Below the pieces are notes generated by a model, which saw only the letters and a list, made by a program, of their open reading frames with translations, was not told the DNA's origin and did no database searches. Positions 34,726 to 44,411 of a stretch of 60,320 nucleotides of DNA are shown here, piece by piece. The DNA comes from an uncultured bacterium (GTDB lineage: Bacteria > Krumholzibacteriota > Krumholzibacteriia > WVZY01 > JAKEHA01). Each line of letters starts with the position of its first letter. Position 1 is the stretch's first letter. Both the position numbers and the translations under genes were made by a program. The stretch spans positions 1 through 60,320 of the forward strand of contig CAZULB010000002.1 of assembly GCA_964621155.1 (NCBI GenBank), read 5' to 3'.

Positions 34726-36480
34726 CTATTTCAACAGAACGACTTTGCGGTTCATGCGGGACTGTCCGGCGCTGAGCTTGAGCAGGTAGACGCCGGATGC
34801 GAGCGGCGCGCCCGCATCATCCACGGCCTGCCACCGGAACGAGTGGGCACCGGCCGTACGTTGGTCGTCCAGGAGAGTGGCGACACGGCGCCCGGTTACA
34901 TCGTACGCCGTAATGGTTACGTGGACTGGACGCGTCAGGTCAAAGTTGATCGTGGTGGCCGGATTGAAGGGGTTGGGATATGCCACCAGCGATGCGGCAT
35001 CCGGCATGCGCGGGGTGTCATTGACGCCGGTGGGTATTGCATTTCTCGCCGCGAGCGCGTCGATGACGCCCCACCCGTAGGTGCGATTGGGGTTGGCGTG
35101 ATTGGTGGCGGTGTTGCGCAGCGCGTTCATGAGCATGATGTTGCTGGCGTCGGGACGAGCCTGCAGCACGAGCGCGGCGGCGCCGGCGACGAGCGGTGTC
35201 GAGAGCGACGTGCCGCTCACCTCGGTGTAGAACTCGCTGTTGGGATCGACGGTGTGCACGTTCGATCCCATCGCCATCACGTCGGGCTTGATGCGATTAT
35301 CGGTGGTGTTACCGACCGAGCTGAAGCTGGCGCGCGTGCCCTGGTTGTCGGTCGCCCCCACCGTGAGCACCATGTCGCCGTCCGCGGGAGCGCCGAGCGT
35401 ATTCTGCGGCTCGGAGACAAACCCGGCATTGCCCGCCGCGTTGCAGATCAGGATGCCGCGGCTGGCCGCAATGTCGGCGCCCACGGTAATAATGGCGGTG
35501 TCGCCGTCCATGTTCTGCCAGGTATAGCCGGTTTCGCCGTTGGTGAATCCGCCCAGATACGTGAGGGAACTCGTGATGATGTCGGCGCCGTTGTTGTCGG
35601 CCCATTCGGCAGCCGCCACCCACGCGTCTTCTTCGATGTGGCGCTCCCACTGGGTGTTCTCTGTCTTGGCGAGCAGATATGTCGCGCCGAACGCAGGACC
35701 AATCAGCTCGCCCGGTTTGAAACCCGCGATGGCACCGAGCACGAGCGTGCCGTGGAAACCACTCCCCATCTGCCCCGGCTCATCGCTCACCACGCCGTCG
35801 TTGTTCACGAAATCCCACTTCGCCGCCACGTTGAGAACACCGAACGCTTCGTGGAGTGCGTTGTTGAAGCCGGTGTCGAACACGGCGATGACGACACCCT
35901 CCCCGTGAAACCCAAGGTCGTGCATGGCGGGAACGTCGATCAACAAATTCTGGAAGAAAGAACTGCCGTAGTCGTAACTGAGGTTCTGCTGCCGGAGCGC
36001 GCGCATAGGCTCGCGCGATGGCCCCTGCGTCCCGGGATCCGGCTCGGAGGAGCGCAGCGAATGCACGATGTCGAGACGGGACACCGCGCGCAGCGCCGTA
36101 ATTGCTTGCAACTGCTCCGCCGTAGCATCGACCGACACAGCATTCAGCCAATTCGAAACATGACGAACGTGTGCGCCGGTGGCACGAACCGCTTCCAGCG
36201 CGGTGGCGTCCACGGGGACATCGTAAGCATCCACGAGATGACCTTTGCCCATGTTGCGCTCACGACGCGCGCGGGCGTGATCGCTCAGCGCGGCTTCGGC
36301 AGCACCGAGTGCAGCCGGCGTGATGCGCTTGTCTTCAAAGTAGACCCAGGCGGGGATGGTGGCGCCGCTGGGCGCCGCGAGCAATGCTTCGTTGAGTGGC
36401 TGCGACTTCGTCGCGGCGGACACGACACACGGGAACACCAGCGCGAGTAACAACGCCATGCGGATCGTGTGCCGTGTCAT
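34726..36480 (-). CDS. Secreted S8 subtilisin-family serine protease with T9SS-type C-terminal domain
   Basis: The catalytic triad contexts are VIAVFDTGF (D), HGTLVLGAIAG (H) and SGTSLSTPLVAGAAAL (S). The signal peptide starts at ATG 36480 (MTRHTIRMALLLALVFPCVVSA). The C-terminus is AYPNPFNP..AYDVTGRRV..GVYLLKL..RKVVLLK. Confidence 0.9.
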   Translation of the reverse strand: MTRHTIRMALLLALVFPCVVSAATKSQPLNEALLAAPSGATIPAWVYFEDKRITPAALGAAEAALSDHARARRERNMGKGHLVDAYDVPVDATALEAVRATGAHVRHVSNWLNAVSVDATAEQLQAITALRAVSRLDIVHSLRSSEPDPGTQGPSREPMRALRQQNLSYDYGSSFFQNLLIDVPAMHDLGFHGEGVVIAVFDTGFNNALHEAFGVLNVAAKWDFVNNDGVVSDEPGQMGSGFHGTLVLGAIAGFKPGELIGPAFGATYLLAKTENTQWERHIEEDAWVAAAEWADNNGADIITSSLTYLGGFTNGETGYTWQNMDGDTAIITVGADIAASRGILICNAAGNAGFVSEPQNTLGAPADGDMVLTVGATDNQGTRASFSSVGNTTDNRIKPDVMAMGSNVHTVDPNSEFYTEVSGTSLSTPLVAGAAALVLQARPDASNIMLMNALRNTATNHANPNRTYGWGVIDALAARNAIPTGVNDTPRMPDAASLVAYPNPFNPATTINFDLTRPVHVTITAYDVTGRRVATLLDDQRTAGAHSFRWQAVDDAGAPLASGVYLLKLSAGQSRMNRKVVLLK

Positions 36481-36481
36481 T

Positions 36482-37576
36482 TCACATGCTCCCTGTCCAC
36501 TGGTCGCCGTCGGAATCACCAAGGCACATGTGCCAGCGCTCGAGATCTTTCACCCAGTCGGCAGGCATGACCTGTTGCCAGTTTGCAATCACCCATGCGT
36601 TGCGCGAGCCACCGGCCACGAACCCCAGCTTCTGGAGCGCGTTGACGGCAAAGGCCTGCGTCGAGATGGCGGCCACGGCGTCGATGCCCGCGTCGGACAC
36701 ATCGATCAAAACGCGGGAAACCATCTCTTCGAGAGTGCGCGCGTCGCCGCGCGCCACCAGAAAATCGGCAATGACAGCGCGGCTCTCCGCGTAGCCCGCC
36801 GGCGCAGGACGCCAGATCATGTAGCCCGCGGGCTTGTCGCCCCGGGTGGCCACAATGACGCGGTAGTCGAGAACGGGGTGCTCCGCATACTTCCAATTAA
36901 CGTAGGCGGCATCGCGCACGCGAGTGACATCGTAGGTCTTCGCCAGCTCGAGCCACCCGGCGTCCAGCGCGGGATCCATCCGCTCCACCACCGAGAGCGT
37001 ATTGCGCGCGTCACCCAGCGTTTTTCTGGCCCGCGCCAGCGCCTGCATGCGCTTGACGCCCAGTCCGGCCCGCCCCACCGCCGCCTTGATCGGCGAGAAG
37101 CCGCGGCGCGACGTGAACGAAGCCGGGTCGAGCACGGCCGTGTACGTGACCAACTCCGTCACGTCGTCGAATCCCATGCTCTGATGAATCTTCCAGCACG
37201 CGCCCGTCATCCACATGCCGCCCGGATAGAAATCGCCGAGCTCGCGCGCGTATCCGACGATCACCTTGCCCAGTCCGCCGCCGCGATACTCGGGGTCGAC
37301 CAGGAGATCGTGCGTGTATCGCGACGCAATGCGCTTTCCGCCCACGAGAAAATCGACGGGCATGTGCCCGAGAGTTCCGGCCACGACGTCGCCATCCATC
37401 AGCACGTGGCGCAGCGGCGTGCGCTCGCGGCCCGGCATGCGCTCGTGGTAGGTGTCAATGACACGCTGGCGGCGCGCGCACACATCGGCGCCCAGCACCT
37501 TCTCGGTGAAGCGTTTGAGCGCCGGCTCATGGTGCTCGCGATCGTAGGCGACCACAGGAAGCGTCTTGACGCTCAT
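36482..37576 (-). CDS. GNAT-family N-acetyltransferase (double-domain, 364 aa)
   Basis: The acetyl-CoA motif is YRGGGLGKVIVGYA. Its stop lies 1 nt before the S8 start, and its ATG overlaps the deacetylase stop (ATGA). Confidence 0.7.
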   Translation of the reverse strand: MSVKTLPVVAYDREHHEPALKRFTEKVLGADVCARRQRVIDTYHERMPGRERTPLRHVLMDGDVVAGTLGHMPVDFLVGGKRIASRYTHDLLVDPEYRGGGLGKVIVGYARELGDFYPGGMWMTGACWKIHQSMGFDDVTELVTYTAVLDPASFTSRRGFSPIKAAVGRAGLGVKRMQALARARKTLGDARNTLSVVERMDPALDAGWLELAKTYDVTRVRDAAYVNWKYAEHPVLDYRVIVATRGDKPAGYMIWRPAPAGYAESRAVIADFLVARGDARTLEEMVSRVLIDVSDAGIDAVAAISTQAFAVNALQKLGFVAGGSRNAWVIANWQQVMPADWVKDLERWHMCLGDSDGDQWTGSM

Positions 37577-38643
37577 GGTTGCAGCGCCGCCTGCGGCCGC
37601 GCAGCGGCGTGATGGGCCGCCGGACGCGCGCCGGGACGATTGAGCAGGGCGCGCAACGCACCGGGCAGGCCGCTGAGCTCGGCGGCAAACTCGGCCACCG
37701 TGACGCCGTTGTGCGTCAGGGTGCAGCGCGGTATTGCGTAGCAGTCGTCGATGCGCGACACGCGTCGCTTGATGGTGGTGAAGGCACAGCGATACCCGGC
37801 GTCGATGACGCGCGCGCGAGTTTCGTCGTTGAAATCGCCGGGACCACCGTTGGGGTAGGCGAATTCATCGCAAATGCTGCCGGTGATCGACTCAATCATT
37901 TGTTTCGACTGCACAAGCTCGCGTGTCTGTTCCTCCGGCGTCAGGCGCGCCAGAATGGGATGACTGCACGTATGCGCGCCGACGGTCACGCCGATCCCGC
38001 GCAGGAGGCGCATCTCATCGGGGTCGATGGGGCGAAATCCGTCCCATGCCGACGCGAGTTGCGCGTCGTCGACCTGCAGTCGCTCGATAATTCCGCCGAG
38101 AAGCGAGAGCCGGTCTTGCTGGGAGAGGGACTTGCACAGTGCGTTGAGGTGCGCGTTGGCGCGCAGCTTTGCATCGCGTGTCGTGAGATCATGTATCTGC
38201 CGCGTGCCATGCACCTCGAGCTCGAGACGCGTTGCGCGCGTCAACGCGATGGCACTCACCAATCGATCGGGCCACAGCATCTGCTGCTTGAATACAAAAT
38301 CCGTGGTGACGAACAACGTGGCGGGAATACCGTACCGCTTGAGGGCGGGCCCGGCCTCGGTCAGCACGTTGCGAAAACCATCGTCGAAGGTGACGGCAAC
38401 CGCGCGCTCCGGGACGGTCTCCTTCCCTTCCAGCCAGTCGACGACGCGCGTCAGCGCGACGGGATGATAGTGCTGGGCCACGTGCCCCATCAGCCGCTCG
38501 AACAGCGGCCGGTGCAGGTGCAGCCCCTCTTCGTTGCAGATGGTGCCGGAAGCATCCGAGGTAACGCCGTGAAAGGTAAGAATGACCGGCCGGTTCCGGT
38601 GCAGAGCAGCGGAAACACGGTTTACACCGAGGATTTCGGTCAT
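37573..38643 (-). CDS. Polysaccharide deacetylase (NodB homology domain)
   Basis: The motifs are AVAVTFDDGFRNV and IPATLFVT..., with a conserved His in GAHTCSHP. The start is uncertain (ATG 38643, or GTG/TTG up to 38721). Confidence 0.75.
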   Translation of the reverse strand: MTEILGVNRVSAALHRNRPVILTFHGVTSDASGTICNEEGLHLHRPLFERLMGHVAQHYHPVALTRVVDWLEGKETVPERAVAVTFDDGFRNVLTEAGPALKRYGIPATLFVTTDFVFKQQMLWPDRLVSAIALTRATRLELEVHGTRQIHDLTTRDAKLRANAHLNALCKSLSQQDRLSLLGGIIERLQVDDAQLASAWDGFRPIDPDEMRLLRGIGVTVGAHTCSHPILARLTPEEQTRELVQSKQMIESITGSICDEFAYPNGGPGDFNDETRARVIDAGYRCAFTTIKRRVSRIDDCYAIPRCTLTHNGVTVAEFAAELSGLPGALRALLNRPGARPAAHHAAARPQAALQP

Positions 38644-38725
38644 GGAGTACAAGCTTTGCTTCACGCGCGGGTCTCCGCTACAGGGGCGGTGCGGGGCGGG
38701 AATCGGCCCGGATATCCTCAATTAG

Positions 38726-38746
38726 AACACACCGGGAAGGTGTGTT
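38726..38746. promoter_or_regulatory. 8-bp inverted repeat in divergent promoter region, followed by an AT-rich -10-like stretch
   Basis: AACACACC-gggaa-GGTGTGTT is followed by TACAATATTGATTCTTATGG. It lies between the divergent deacetylase and glycosyltransferase genes. Confidence 0.3.
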
Positions 38747-38784
38747 ACAATATTGATTCTTATGGCAGTTAGCATTCCCCCGCG

Positions 38785-39885
38785 ATGAAAGTCTGCGTTG
38801 TCTCTCTAAACCTCGCCGCCTACTTCGATACCACGCCGCGCTCCAGGTACGGCGGGGCCGAGGTGCAGGCTGCCTTTGTGGCGCGCGCGCTGCGCGAACA
38901 GGGCGTTGACGTCTCCCTGGTGGTGGCGGACCTGCCCGACGGTGTGGCCGTGCCCTACCCCGTCGAAAGCGCATTTCACAGCGCTGAAGGCCTGCCGGGT
39001 CTGCGCTTCTTTCATCCCCGCATGACCGGCATCAACGATGCACTCGCGCGCGCCGATGCCGACGTCTACTACCAGCGCAACGCCGGCATGCTGACCGGCC
39101 TCGTGGCCCACTACGCGCGCCAGCACGGGCGCCGGTTCGTCTACGGCGCGGGCAGCGACACCGACTTTTCATTTCGCGACGTGCTCATCGACGGACTACG
39201 CGACAAGACCATGTTCATGTACGGGCTGCGGCGCGCGAACGGCGTGGTCGTGCAGAACAACGCGCAACTCGAGGTGGCGCAGCGATCGTTGCGCGCGCCG
39301 GTGGTGGCGATTTCCAACGGCGTGCTGCCGGTGGAGAATGCGCAGGCAGACATCAATGGTCCCATTCTGTGGGCGGGCGGGTTGAGGCCGGTCAAGCGCC
39401 CCGAACTGTTCATCGAGCTCGCCCGCCGCTTCCCGCATCGCCAGTTCGTAATCGTGGGTGGCAGCACGACGACAGAAGTGGCGCACGCAACCGCCGTCGA
39501 GCAGGAAGCGCGCACGGTGCCGAACATGCGGCTCACGGGCTGGCTCCCCAACTCGGACGTGATTCGGGAGATCGCTCGTGCCGCGGTGGTGGTGAACACG
39601 TCGGTGGTCGAGGGCTTTCCGAATGTATACCTCGAGGCCTGGAACCACGGCGTTCCGGTGGTGTCTTTCAACGATGTCAACGGACTACTGGCGAATGGGA
39701 AGCTCGGCGCGTTGTGCACCGATCTGGACGACATGGAGAGGAAGCTGCGGACGTTGATCGAGGACCCGGACGCCATGCGCGCAGCGGGTGAACGCGCGCA
39801 GCGCGTCATTCACGAAAGATTCTCGCCCGCGGTTCTGGGGCCGAAATACGTGAGTTTTCTGGAGAGCCTGCGCGCGCAGTCCTAG
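38785..39885 (+). CDS. GT4/GT1-family glycosyltransferase
   Basis: The C-terminal Rossmann domain carries the EGFPNVYLEAWNHGVPVVS (E-x7-E) motif. Confidence 0.8.
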   Translation: MKVCVVSLNLAAYFDTTPRSRYGGAEVQAAFVARALREQGVDVSLVVADLPDGVAVPYPVESAFHSAEGLPGLRFFHPRMTGINDALARADADVYYQRNAGMLTGLVAHYARQHGRRFVYGAGSDTDFSFRDVLIDGLRDKTMFMYGLRRANGVVVQNNAQLEVAQRSLRAPVVAISNGVLPVENAQADINGPILWAGGLRPVKRPELFIELARRFPHRQFVIVGGSTTTEVAHATAVEQEARTVPNMRLTGWLPNSDVIREIARAAVVVNTSVVEGFPNVYLEAWNHGVPVVSFNDVNGLLANGKLGALCTDLDDMERKLRTLIEDPDAMRAAGERAQRVIHERFSPAVLGPKYVSFLESLRAQS

Positions 39886-41090
39886 GGGGTATTCGCACTG
39901 GCGAGCAGGTAGTCCACGAAGGATTCCGCGAAGGCCCGGTGCCCCTCGGGCGTGAAATGATTGTGGTACATCTTCTGACCTGCGTCTTCGCGCTTCACGA
40001 ACAGCGCCGTGGGCTCCACCAGCGGGATTTCTCGCGTTGTGCAGTACGCCTCGAGTCGCGTTGCCCACGTGTCCTGCTGTGCAAACGGAATCCGCAGTAC
40101 CTCTTCCCCACGCGGCACGTGCATGATGACAAACTTGCGTTGGGCGTGTTCCACGTCGCGGCGCCACTTGTCCATCACCCGCTCCTGCAGGTCCCATCCT
40201 TCTGGAACTAGTTCCGGCGGCCACGCCGAAGGCGCCATGGGCGCGAAGCCGACCGCACCCGCCGCGCCGTTGCGGTCCGCCTGCGTGACCGTGCGCTTGG
40301 CGCCGTATGACTTGAGCAGCTTGAGCCGCCCTTCGATCGTGCTCACCACCAGCGAGTTGGACTTGATGCGCTGCATGCCCCGGTGCCACCACGAGGCCTT
40401 GTACGCCTGCGCTCTGATCTCGGAGTCATCCACCGTGAAGGAGTCGCCGGCAGCGATTGGATATGGAATCAGCCCCGGTCCCTTGAGCTGACGGATCTGA
40501 TCCGCGGGATCGTTTTCCACGAAGACATAAACGACGTAGTCCAGGTCGAGCTTATTCATCCAGTTCATGCACTCGCGATAGGACTGGAGAGCACCGCGAC
40601 CCGAGATTCCAAACGCGATCGTTTCCACCGCGTTGATGGTCTTTCCGTCGTGAGTTTTCAGCTTCGCGAGCTCGCTGGTCCGCAGGTCGAGGTCGTCTTC
40701 AACCAGTCTGAAAAAAGTGGTTTCGATGGGAACCTGCAGCGCTTCCACGTACGAATCACCGAAGAACCCGATGCGCAGCGTTCCCGGCGCTTTGGCGACG
40801 CTGTGCCCGACGTCGACGAATCCCCACGCGTTCACGCTGCGCCGGATGAGAACGCCGTCGTCCCCGCGAAACGTGACCGTGCTGTTGGGGTAGTACTTGC
40901 CACCCGTGACGGCGTCGTAATAGTAGTTGTGAAAGATGATACCGGGGATCGGAAACAGCCGCAGCGCGATCTCGGCAAGAATGAGCGCGATGACGCCGGA
41001 AATTGCGAGCATCGCCGTGAACAGCGCGAAGCGCTTTGCGCGCGGAGTCCGCGCGCGCCGGGGGAGTTCTCTCTTCGAAGCGGTGCTCAT
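39882..41090 (-). CDS. Membrane-anchored SGNH/GDSL-type hydrolase
   Basis: It has an N-terminal TM helix (FALFTAMLAISGVIALILAEIALRLF) and block I RIGFFGDSYVEA. It is a paralog of 52588..53814. Confidence 0.7.
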   Translation of the reverse strand: MSTASKRELPRRARTPRAKRFALFTAMLAISGVIALILAEIALRLFPIPGIIFHNYYYDAVTGGKYYPNSTVTFRGDDGVLIRRSVNAWGFVDVGHSVAKAPGTLRIGFFGDSYVEALQVPIETTFFRLVEDDLDLRTSELAKLKTHDGKTINAVETIAFGISGRGALQSYRECMNWMNKLDLDYVVYVFVENDPADQIRQLKGPGLIPYPIAAGDSFTVDDSEIRAQAYKASWWHRGMQRIKSNSLVVSTIEGRLKLLKSYGAKRTVTQADRNGAAGAVGFAPMAPSAWPPELVPEGWDLQERVMDKWRRDVEHAQRKFVIMHVPRGEEVLRIPFAQQDTWATRLEAYCTTREIPLVEPTALFVKREDAGQKMYHNHFTPEGHRAFAESFVDYLLASANTP

Positions 41091-41176
41091 CGCTCGGTTC
41101 CATTATAGGGTGCTCCGGCTATGCTATGATAGAAGAACCCCCGGGCTCCCATAAACGCCAACGCGGGAGTTGTCGC

Positions 41177-42112
41177 ATGCTTCACACCACACGCGTCTTG
41201 ATTGTTTTCGTTCTACTCGTGACCCTTGCCGGTTGCGCCCGGAATGATTCGTCGCCGACTTCGAGCGCATCACACCGGGCGCTATTCGGCGGGCCCTCCT
41301 GGCAGACCATGAACAGCGGCACCCGCGAGCTCTTGTGGAGTGTCTGGAGCGCGAAGGACGAAGTCATCGCGGTGGGCACCAGCGGCACCGCCGACCATCT
41401 GCGTAATGCCACGTGGAACACGAAAACCAGCGGCACCGACGGTAGTCTGTGCGATGTGTGGATGAACACCGACGGCAGCGCCCTGGCTGTCGGCGTGGGC
41501 GGCGTGATCCTTCGTTACGACGGAAACGCGTGGAGTGCGATGAACAGTCACACGTCCAACGACCTCTTCGACGTGTTCGGATTCCAGAACGGGCGTGCGT
41601 TTGCTGTCGGCCTCAACGGAACCGTGCTGGCGCTGAACGGCAGCACGTGGAGCCCTGTCGACGTGGGCCCCGCCGTGAACTACTTTGGAGTATGGGGCTC
41701 GTCGCCGGATTCGATCTACGCGGTCGGCGTGGGCGGCACCATCGTGCGCTCCGACGGCGGCGACTGGACTTTCATGGATTCACCCACCCCGAACAATCTC
41801 TCCAGCGTGTTCGGCTTCTCGAGTCGCAATGTGTATGCGGTCGGCGACGGCGGTACGATTGTTCATTTCGACGGCTCTTCCTGGACCACGATGAATTCCG
41901 GCAGCAGCGTGAACCTGTACGATGTGCACGGCCTCACATCTTCCAGCATCTGGACGGCGGGCGCCAACGGGACGATCCTGCACTACAACGGGGCGGCGTG
42001 GAATCCCTCCTCGAGCGGAACCACCCAGGATCTGTACGGCGTCTTCGCGCGGCGCGCCGACAGCGTGTACGCCGTTGGCGATGCCGGGACCATTCTGCAC
42101 TACGCTCCCTGA
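41177..42112 (+). CDS. Lipoprotein beta-propeller (Ycf48/BNR-like blades)
   Basis: It has a lipobox (LAGC). There are about 7 repeats of the form GG.I..YDG..W..M.S.T...L..V.G.....YAVG..GTI.. Confidence 0.7.
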   Translation: MLHTTRVLIVFVLLVTLAGCARNDSSPTSSASHRALFGGPSWQTMNSGTRELLWSVWSAKDEVIAVGTSGTADHLRNATWNTKTSGTDGSLCDVWMNTDGSALAVGVGGVILRYDGNAWSAMNSHTSNDLFDVFGFQNGRAFAVGLNGTVLALNGSTWSPVDVGPAVNYFGVWGSSPDSIYAVGVGGTIVRSDGGDWTFMDSPTPNNLSSVFGFSSRNVYAVGDGGTIVHFDGSSWTTMNSGSSVNLYDVHGLTSSSIWTAGANGTILHYNGAAWNPSSSGTTQDLYGVFARRADSVYAVGDAGTILHYAP

Positions 42113-42195
42113 TCAACACCGGGCGACAAACAAGAATGGCTCGCGAGACGTCCGCATCTCGCGAGCCATTTTCATTGCGGGTAACCCCACGAAGT

Positions 42196-44283
42196 CTACC
42201 GGATGACGACCAGTTTGCGCGTGATCAACTCGCCGTGCGCGGCGCGCATGCGCACGAAATACACACCGGCCGGAAGCTTCGAAGCGCTGAACAGCTCGGC
42301 GCCCGGACCCGCCGCCGCCTGCGCGACCGTGCGTGAGAGGACGCGACGCCCGGCCACGTCGTAAACGGCGAGATCGATCTTCCCCGCTTCGCCTGCCACA
42401 TACTGCACCTGAAAAGCGCCCGTGGCCGGATTCGGATACACGCTCACAATGTCAGTCCGGATTGCCAGCGGGCCGGCGTCGGTGCCGATCGGGTCGCACG
42501 GCCCGTTGGGGATGGGATCCGCGCGCAGGATGGCCTTGTTGGGATCGACGTCAAACCCTGTAACTGGATTGGGAACGAAGAACACGAAGGTCTGGTCACG
42601 TTGATCATTCAGCACCACCTGACTCACGTCACCGCCGGTGGTGTGAATGACAATGGGAACCGGCATCACGAACACGTTGACGTTGGACGTCGGCAGGGCC
42701 TGGATCTGGTGCAATGTGACCTGCACACGATAGTCGCCGTTGCCCGTCGGGACCCACTGCATGCACTTGGTGTAGCTCGGATACCCGGTCCCATTCTCGA
42801 CCCACTGTGAGAAAAACGTGTCCCAATCCGAGCCCGTGACCGTCTCCACCACGCGTTTGAAATCGCTCGTTCGCGCGCAGTTGTACTGCAGCGCCGGATC
42901 TGTCGCATATGACTTCATGATGTTCTTGAACACATTGTCGCCCACGATGCTGCGCAGCATGTGCAGCACCATCCCGCCCTTGTTGTAGACGCGCGAGGAC
43001 GCGAACATGTTGGCCACGTCGGTGGTGTCCTGCAACACGATGGTTCCGGTGGCGGTCAGGGCACTGTTATAAGTGCTGGCGAAATTCGCCTCGTATGTCC
43101 CGGGATAGGCGACCGGCCTCTGCTGGAAATAGAGCAGCGCCGAATAGGTCGCGAATCCTTCGTTGAGCCACAGATGCGGCCACGTCTTCGTCGTCACTTT
43201 GTCGCCGTACCATTGGTGCCCGAGCTCGTGACTCACCAGCGAGGCCGAAGAACCGTTGAGCGACGTCATAGTCTGGTGTTCCATGCCGCCGCTGAACGTG
43301 CACTCGGAGTGGCCGTACTTTTCGTTCGCGAACCCGTAGGGCCCGTACCATTCCTCGAAAACGCTGATCATGTCGGCCGAGTTGCTCCACCCCGATGGAA
43401 GCGCGTCGCTGCCGTCGTTGTACACGAGGTGGTCCATCATCATGGTGAGCGGGCCGTACAGGATCGCGAGCGCTGGAGACCGGGTGTACGTGCCCGTGTG
43501 GCGAGTGTAGTCGCCGATGGCGACCGAGATCAGATAGTTGGAAATCCGGTAGTGCGTGACCCAGTCGTAAACCTTGTTGGGACCGACCGTGGTTTCGCTG
43601 ACAAGCAACCCGTTCGAACCCACGCGATAGGCGGCAGGCACGGTGACGGTGACCCGCGATGAATCCGCTTTGTCGGACGGATGATCCTTGCACGGAAACC
43701 ATTCGCGCGCGCCATACGGCTCAGAGAGGCTCCATGCGAAGCGATCACCGGCTCGGGTTCCGAACACGAAATATCCGAACCCACCCTGCTGCGGCGCGCC
43801 ATGGTAGGTAATATCAACTTTGACCGTGCCACCCACAGCGACCGGCGCCGGCAGCGTGATGTTCAAAATGGCGCCGGGATGCGTGGTCGAGCACGGCGTG
43901 CCATCGGCCAGCTGCACCGCATCCACGATCATGGTGCTCTGCAGATCCAGCACGAGCGTCGACATGGTCGAGCCGACGACGGTTCCTTCCACACGAACGA
44001 CGCCGGATAGCGTGTTCGTCGTCATAGGAAAGGTGAGGCTCAGGTGATAGTAGGTGATGTCGATGTTGGTGCTGGCGGACGACAGCTGCGGATGATGCGG
44101 TGCCGCCGCAAGCGCCATCTTGGCCGCGGAGCATTCTTTGGCTCCATCGCCGATCAGCAACTCGGGATCAACCGCTCCGGGGGGCGCGGTCTGAGTCCCG
44201 GGGGCTCCCGAGGCTCCCTCTACTCCCAGGCAAACAAACAAGATCCCAACTGTAAGAATAAGCGCGCGGTGTAGACGAAGCAT
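42196..44283 (-). CDS. Secreted M1-family zinc aminopeptidase with T9SS-type C-terminal domain (paralog of 32616..34715)
   Basis: It has GGMEHQ and HELGHQWYGD...WLNEGFATY. The C-terminus is VYDVAGRRV..GVYFVRM..RKLVVIR. Confidence 0.9.
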   Translation of the reverse strand: MLRLHRALILTVGILFVCLGVEGASGAPGTQTAPPGAVDPELLIGDGAKECSAAKMALAAAPHHPQLSSASTNIDITYYHLSLTFPMTTNTLSGVVRVEGTVVGSTMSTLVLDLQSTMIVDAVQLADGTPCSTTHPGAILNITLPAPVAVGGTVKVDITYHGAPQQGGFGYFVFGTRAGDRFAWSLSEPYGAREWFPCKDHPSDKADSSRVTVTVPAAYRVGSNGLLVSETTVGPNKVYDWVTHYRISNYLISVAIGDYTRHTGTYTRSPALAILYGPLTMMMDHLVYNDGSDALPSGWSNSADMISVFEEWYGPYGFANEKYGHSECTFSGGMEHQTMTSLNGSSASLVSHELGHQWYGDKVTTKTWPHLWLNEGFATYSALLYFQQRPVAYPGTYEANFASTYNSALTATGTIVLQDTTDVANMFASSRVYNKGGMVLHMLRSIVGDNVFKNIMKSYATDPALQYNCARTSDFKRVVETVTGSDWDTFFSQWVENGTGYPSYTKCMQWVPTGNGDYRVQVTLHQIQALPTSNVNVFVMPVPIVIHTTGGDVSQVVLNDQRDQTFVFFVPNPVTGFDVDPNKAILRADPIPNGPCDPIGTDAGPLAIRTDIVSVYPNPATGAFQVQYVAGEAGKIDLAVYDVAGRRVLSRTVAQAAAGPGAELFSASKLPAGVYFVRMRAAHGELITRKLVVIR

Positions 44284-44411
44284 GTGTCGGACTCCCCGGT
44301 TAGGTGTATCACATTATAATAGGAAGGGCGTCCGTACGGCAACGTCGGTGCGTTTGACAGTCTCCCGGCGCGTGCCGATATTCGAGAGCTTCAACCAGAC
44401 AGGTGTTCATC

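Noticed and set aside
34843-38772. Long plus-strand ORFs (34843..36450, 36356..37612, 37579..38772)
   Set aside because: All are antisense to genes with clear catalytic motifs (S8 triad, GNAT, NodB). Their composition is dominated by R/A/G/H/V.
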